This document shows positions 63,150-64,000 of a stretch of DNA of 64,000 bases, piece after piece. Within the stretch, counting starts at the first letter, position 1. Each line of letters opens with the position of its first letter. A program made the translations under genes and the position numbers. The stretch is from Candidatus Latescibacterota bacterium (GTDB lineage Bacteria > Latescibacterota > UBA2968 > UBA8231): the NCBI GenBank assembly GCA_965223905.1, contig CBDCXV010000011.1, forward strand, positions 320,001 through 384,000. The letters run 5' to 3'. The notes beneath the pieces were generated by a model. It searched no databases. It worked only from the letters and a program-made list of their open reading frames with translations, and was not told the origin of the DNA.

Positions 63150-63350
63150 TCATTTGTTGGATGATTTAGGCTCGACGCGGTGCTGATCGAGCCACTGATT
63201 CAATGCGCAACCCTCGTACAGCACTCGGTTCCCGAAGCGGATATAACTCGGCCCTTCTCCCCGATGGCGCCATTGAGACAGCGTGCCGCGCGTGGCGATC
63301 ACCGCGAGGGCGGGATCGTCCGTTCTGTAGTATCTGCCGTCCTCAAACAC
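63150..63350 (-). CDS. Excisionase/AlpA-like HTH protein
   Basis: TLSQWRHRGEGPSYIRFGNRVLY..LNQWL. Confidence 0.8.
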   Translation of the reverse strand: MFEDGRYYRTDDPALAVIATRGTLSQWRHRGEGPSYIRFGNRVLYEGCALNQWLDQHRVEPKSSNK

Positions 63351-63759
63351 GCTCTCGCTTCCTCAGTTCGTCCGGTCCAGCTCCTTCCGGATCAACCAGC
63401 ATGACAATTACCGGCTTCGGGTGAAGGATGTTCCACCCTAAGCCCTGGGACAGGTTGAACCCGTTTTCCCGCATTTCTTCGACTTTTTCTTTCTCGGGTT
63501 CGCCCCAAAAGGCGCAGGCGCTTTCGAGTCGGATCATGGACGCGGGCTTGTCTGTCAACCATAGCTCAAGGGGAACCTCGACGTTTCGCACTCCGATTGC
63601 CTTGCGCACGGAAGCCCCGGAGATATTCCACAACGCCCGGACCGCCAAGGGGGTCAAGAGTTCGTCCTTTTGGTTTTCTTTATAATTTTCCGGCAGCCAC
63701 TTTAAAACCGCTCCGCCGGTCACTTGCTTTCCGATTAAGCCCCGGATTCTGTTTTCCAT
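63343..63759 (-). CDS. Hypothetical protein (possible DNA-binding)
   Basis: 138-aa ORF with RBS between int and xis. Confidence 0.55.
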   Translation of the reverse strand: MENRIRGLIGKQVTGGAVLKWLPENYKENQKDELLTPLAVRALWNISGASVRKAIGVRNVEVPLELWLTDKPASMIRLESACAFWGEPEKEKVEEMRENGFNLSQGLGWNILHPKPVIVMLVDPEGAGPDELRKRERV

Positions 63760-63800
63760 GTTCCCCGTCCGTTTGTGGCGAGCTTGAATGAAGGGGAAAT

Positions 63801-64000
63801 CTACAGAGGAGGTTGCGGTTGCGCAACCTCAATCTCCCCCATCATTGCCGCAATCTCCGACCCGACTTGCTCCCTGGCTTCCTTTACCGGATTTCCGACC
63901 GCCCTGACGTACCGGTCGGCCATCGCCGTCGTCTTGTGGCCGAGCAGGTCCCGCAGCACGTGGACCCCGATTCCGGCCGCAGCGGCCCGGGTCATCACCG
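63801..64000 (-). CDS. Tyrosine integrase, C-terminal part
   Basis: DLLGHKTTAMADRY (box II H..Y); begins beyond the window. Confidence 0.85.
   Translation of the reverse strand, partial: VMTRAAAAGIGVHVLRDLLGHKTTAMADRYVRAVGNPVKEAREQVGSEIAAMMGEIEVAQPQPPL

Larger units (their letters stand above)
19882..64000. mobile_element. Mosaic genomic/defence island downstream of tRNA-Thr, extending beyond the window
   Basis: Housekeeping genes stop at the tRNA. They are followed by IS remnants, gene fragments, BREX, TA, CRISPR-Cas, dynamins and integrases with patchy GC. No tRNA 3' duplication was seen in the window. Confidence 0.7.
55780..64000 (-). mobile_element. Satellite/PICI-like integrative element (int-hyp-xis, Cre-like recombinase, primase, helicase, Rep-like, ori, Myb-like ORFs)
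   Basis: Gene content and order; left boundary inferred from the dynamin truncation. Confidence 0.7.

Overview
GC-rich bacterial window with two parts. Bases 1-19.9 kb are chromosomal: SNF2 helicase, class III aminotransferase, USP-PTS IIA fusion, Ppx/GppA, a Wzi-GT2-radical SAM-GT2 cluster, eno, ssb, a SelA-like PLP enzyme, ftsA and tRNA-Thr(CGT). A mosaic genomic island runs from the tRNA to beyond the window end. It carries secreted proteins, a BREX type 3 remnant, IS1380/IS3/IS1595/IS481 pieces, a Panacea toxin-antitoxin pair, a full type I-E CRISPR-Cas locus (74 repeats), two dynamin-like GTPases and a satellite-like integrative element. The strongest unexplained signal lies between cas3 and cas8e. 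A degenerate one-spacer mini-CRISPR (39809-39901) has a 32-nt spacer matching 16/21 nt of a site just downstream of the cas8e-operon promoter, with an AAC PAM and mismatches at positions 6/12/18. This resembles a CreR/CreTA-type RNA-guided self-regulation module. Second is a gamma-glutamyl-carboxylase-like (HTTM) gene directly behind a secreted protein with about 175 residues of Asp/Glu/Gly repeat. Frameshifts in eno and other genes suggest indel errors in the assembly, so pseudogene calls are tentative. All family assignments come from motif recognition by eye, not from database searches.
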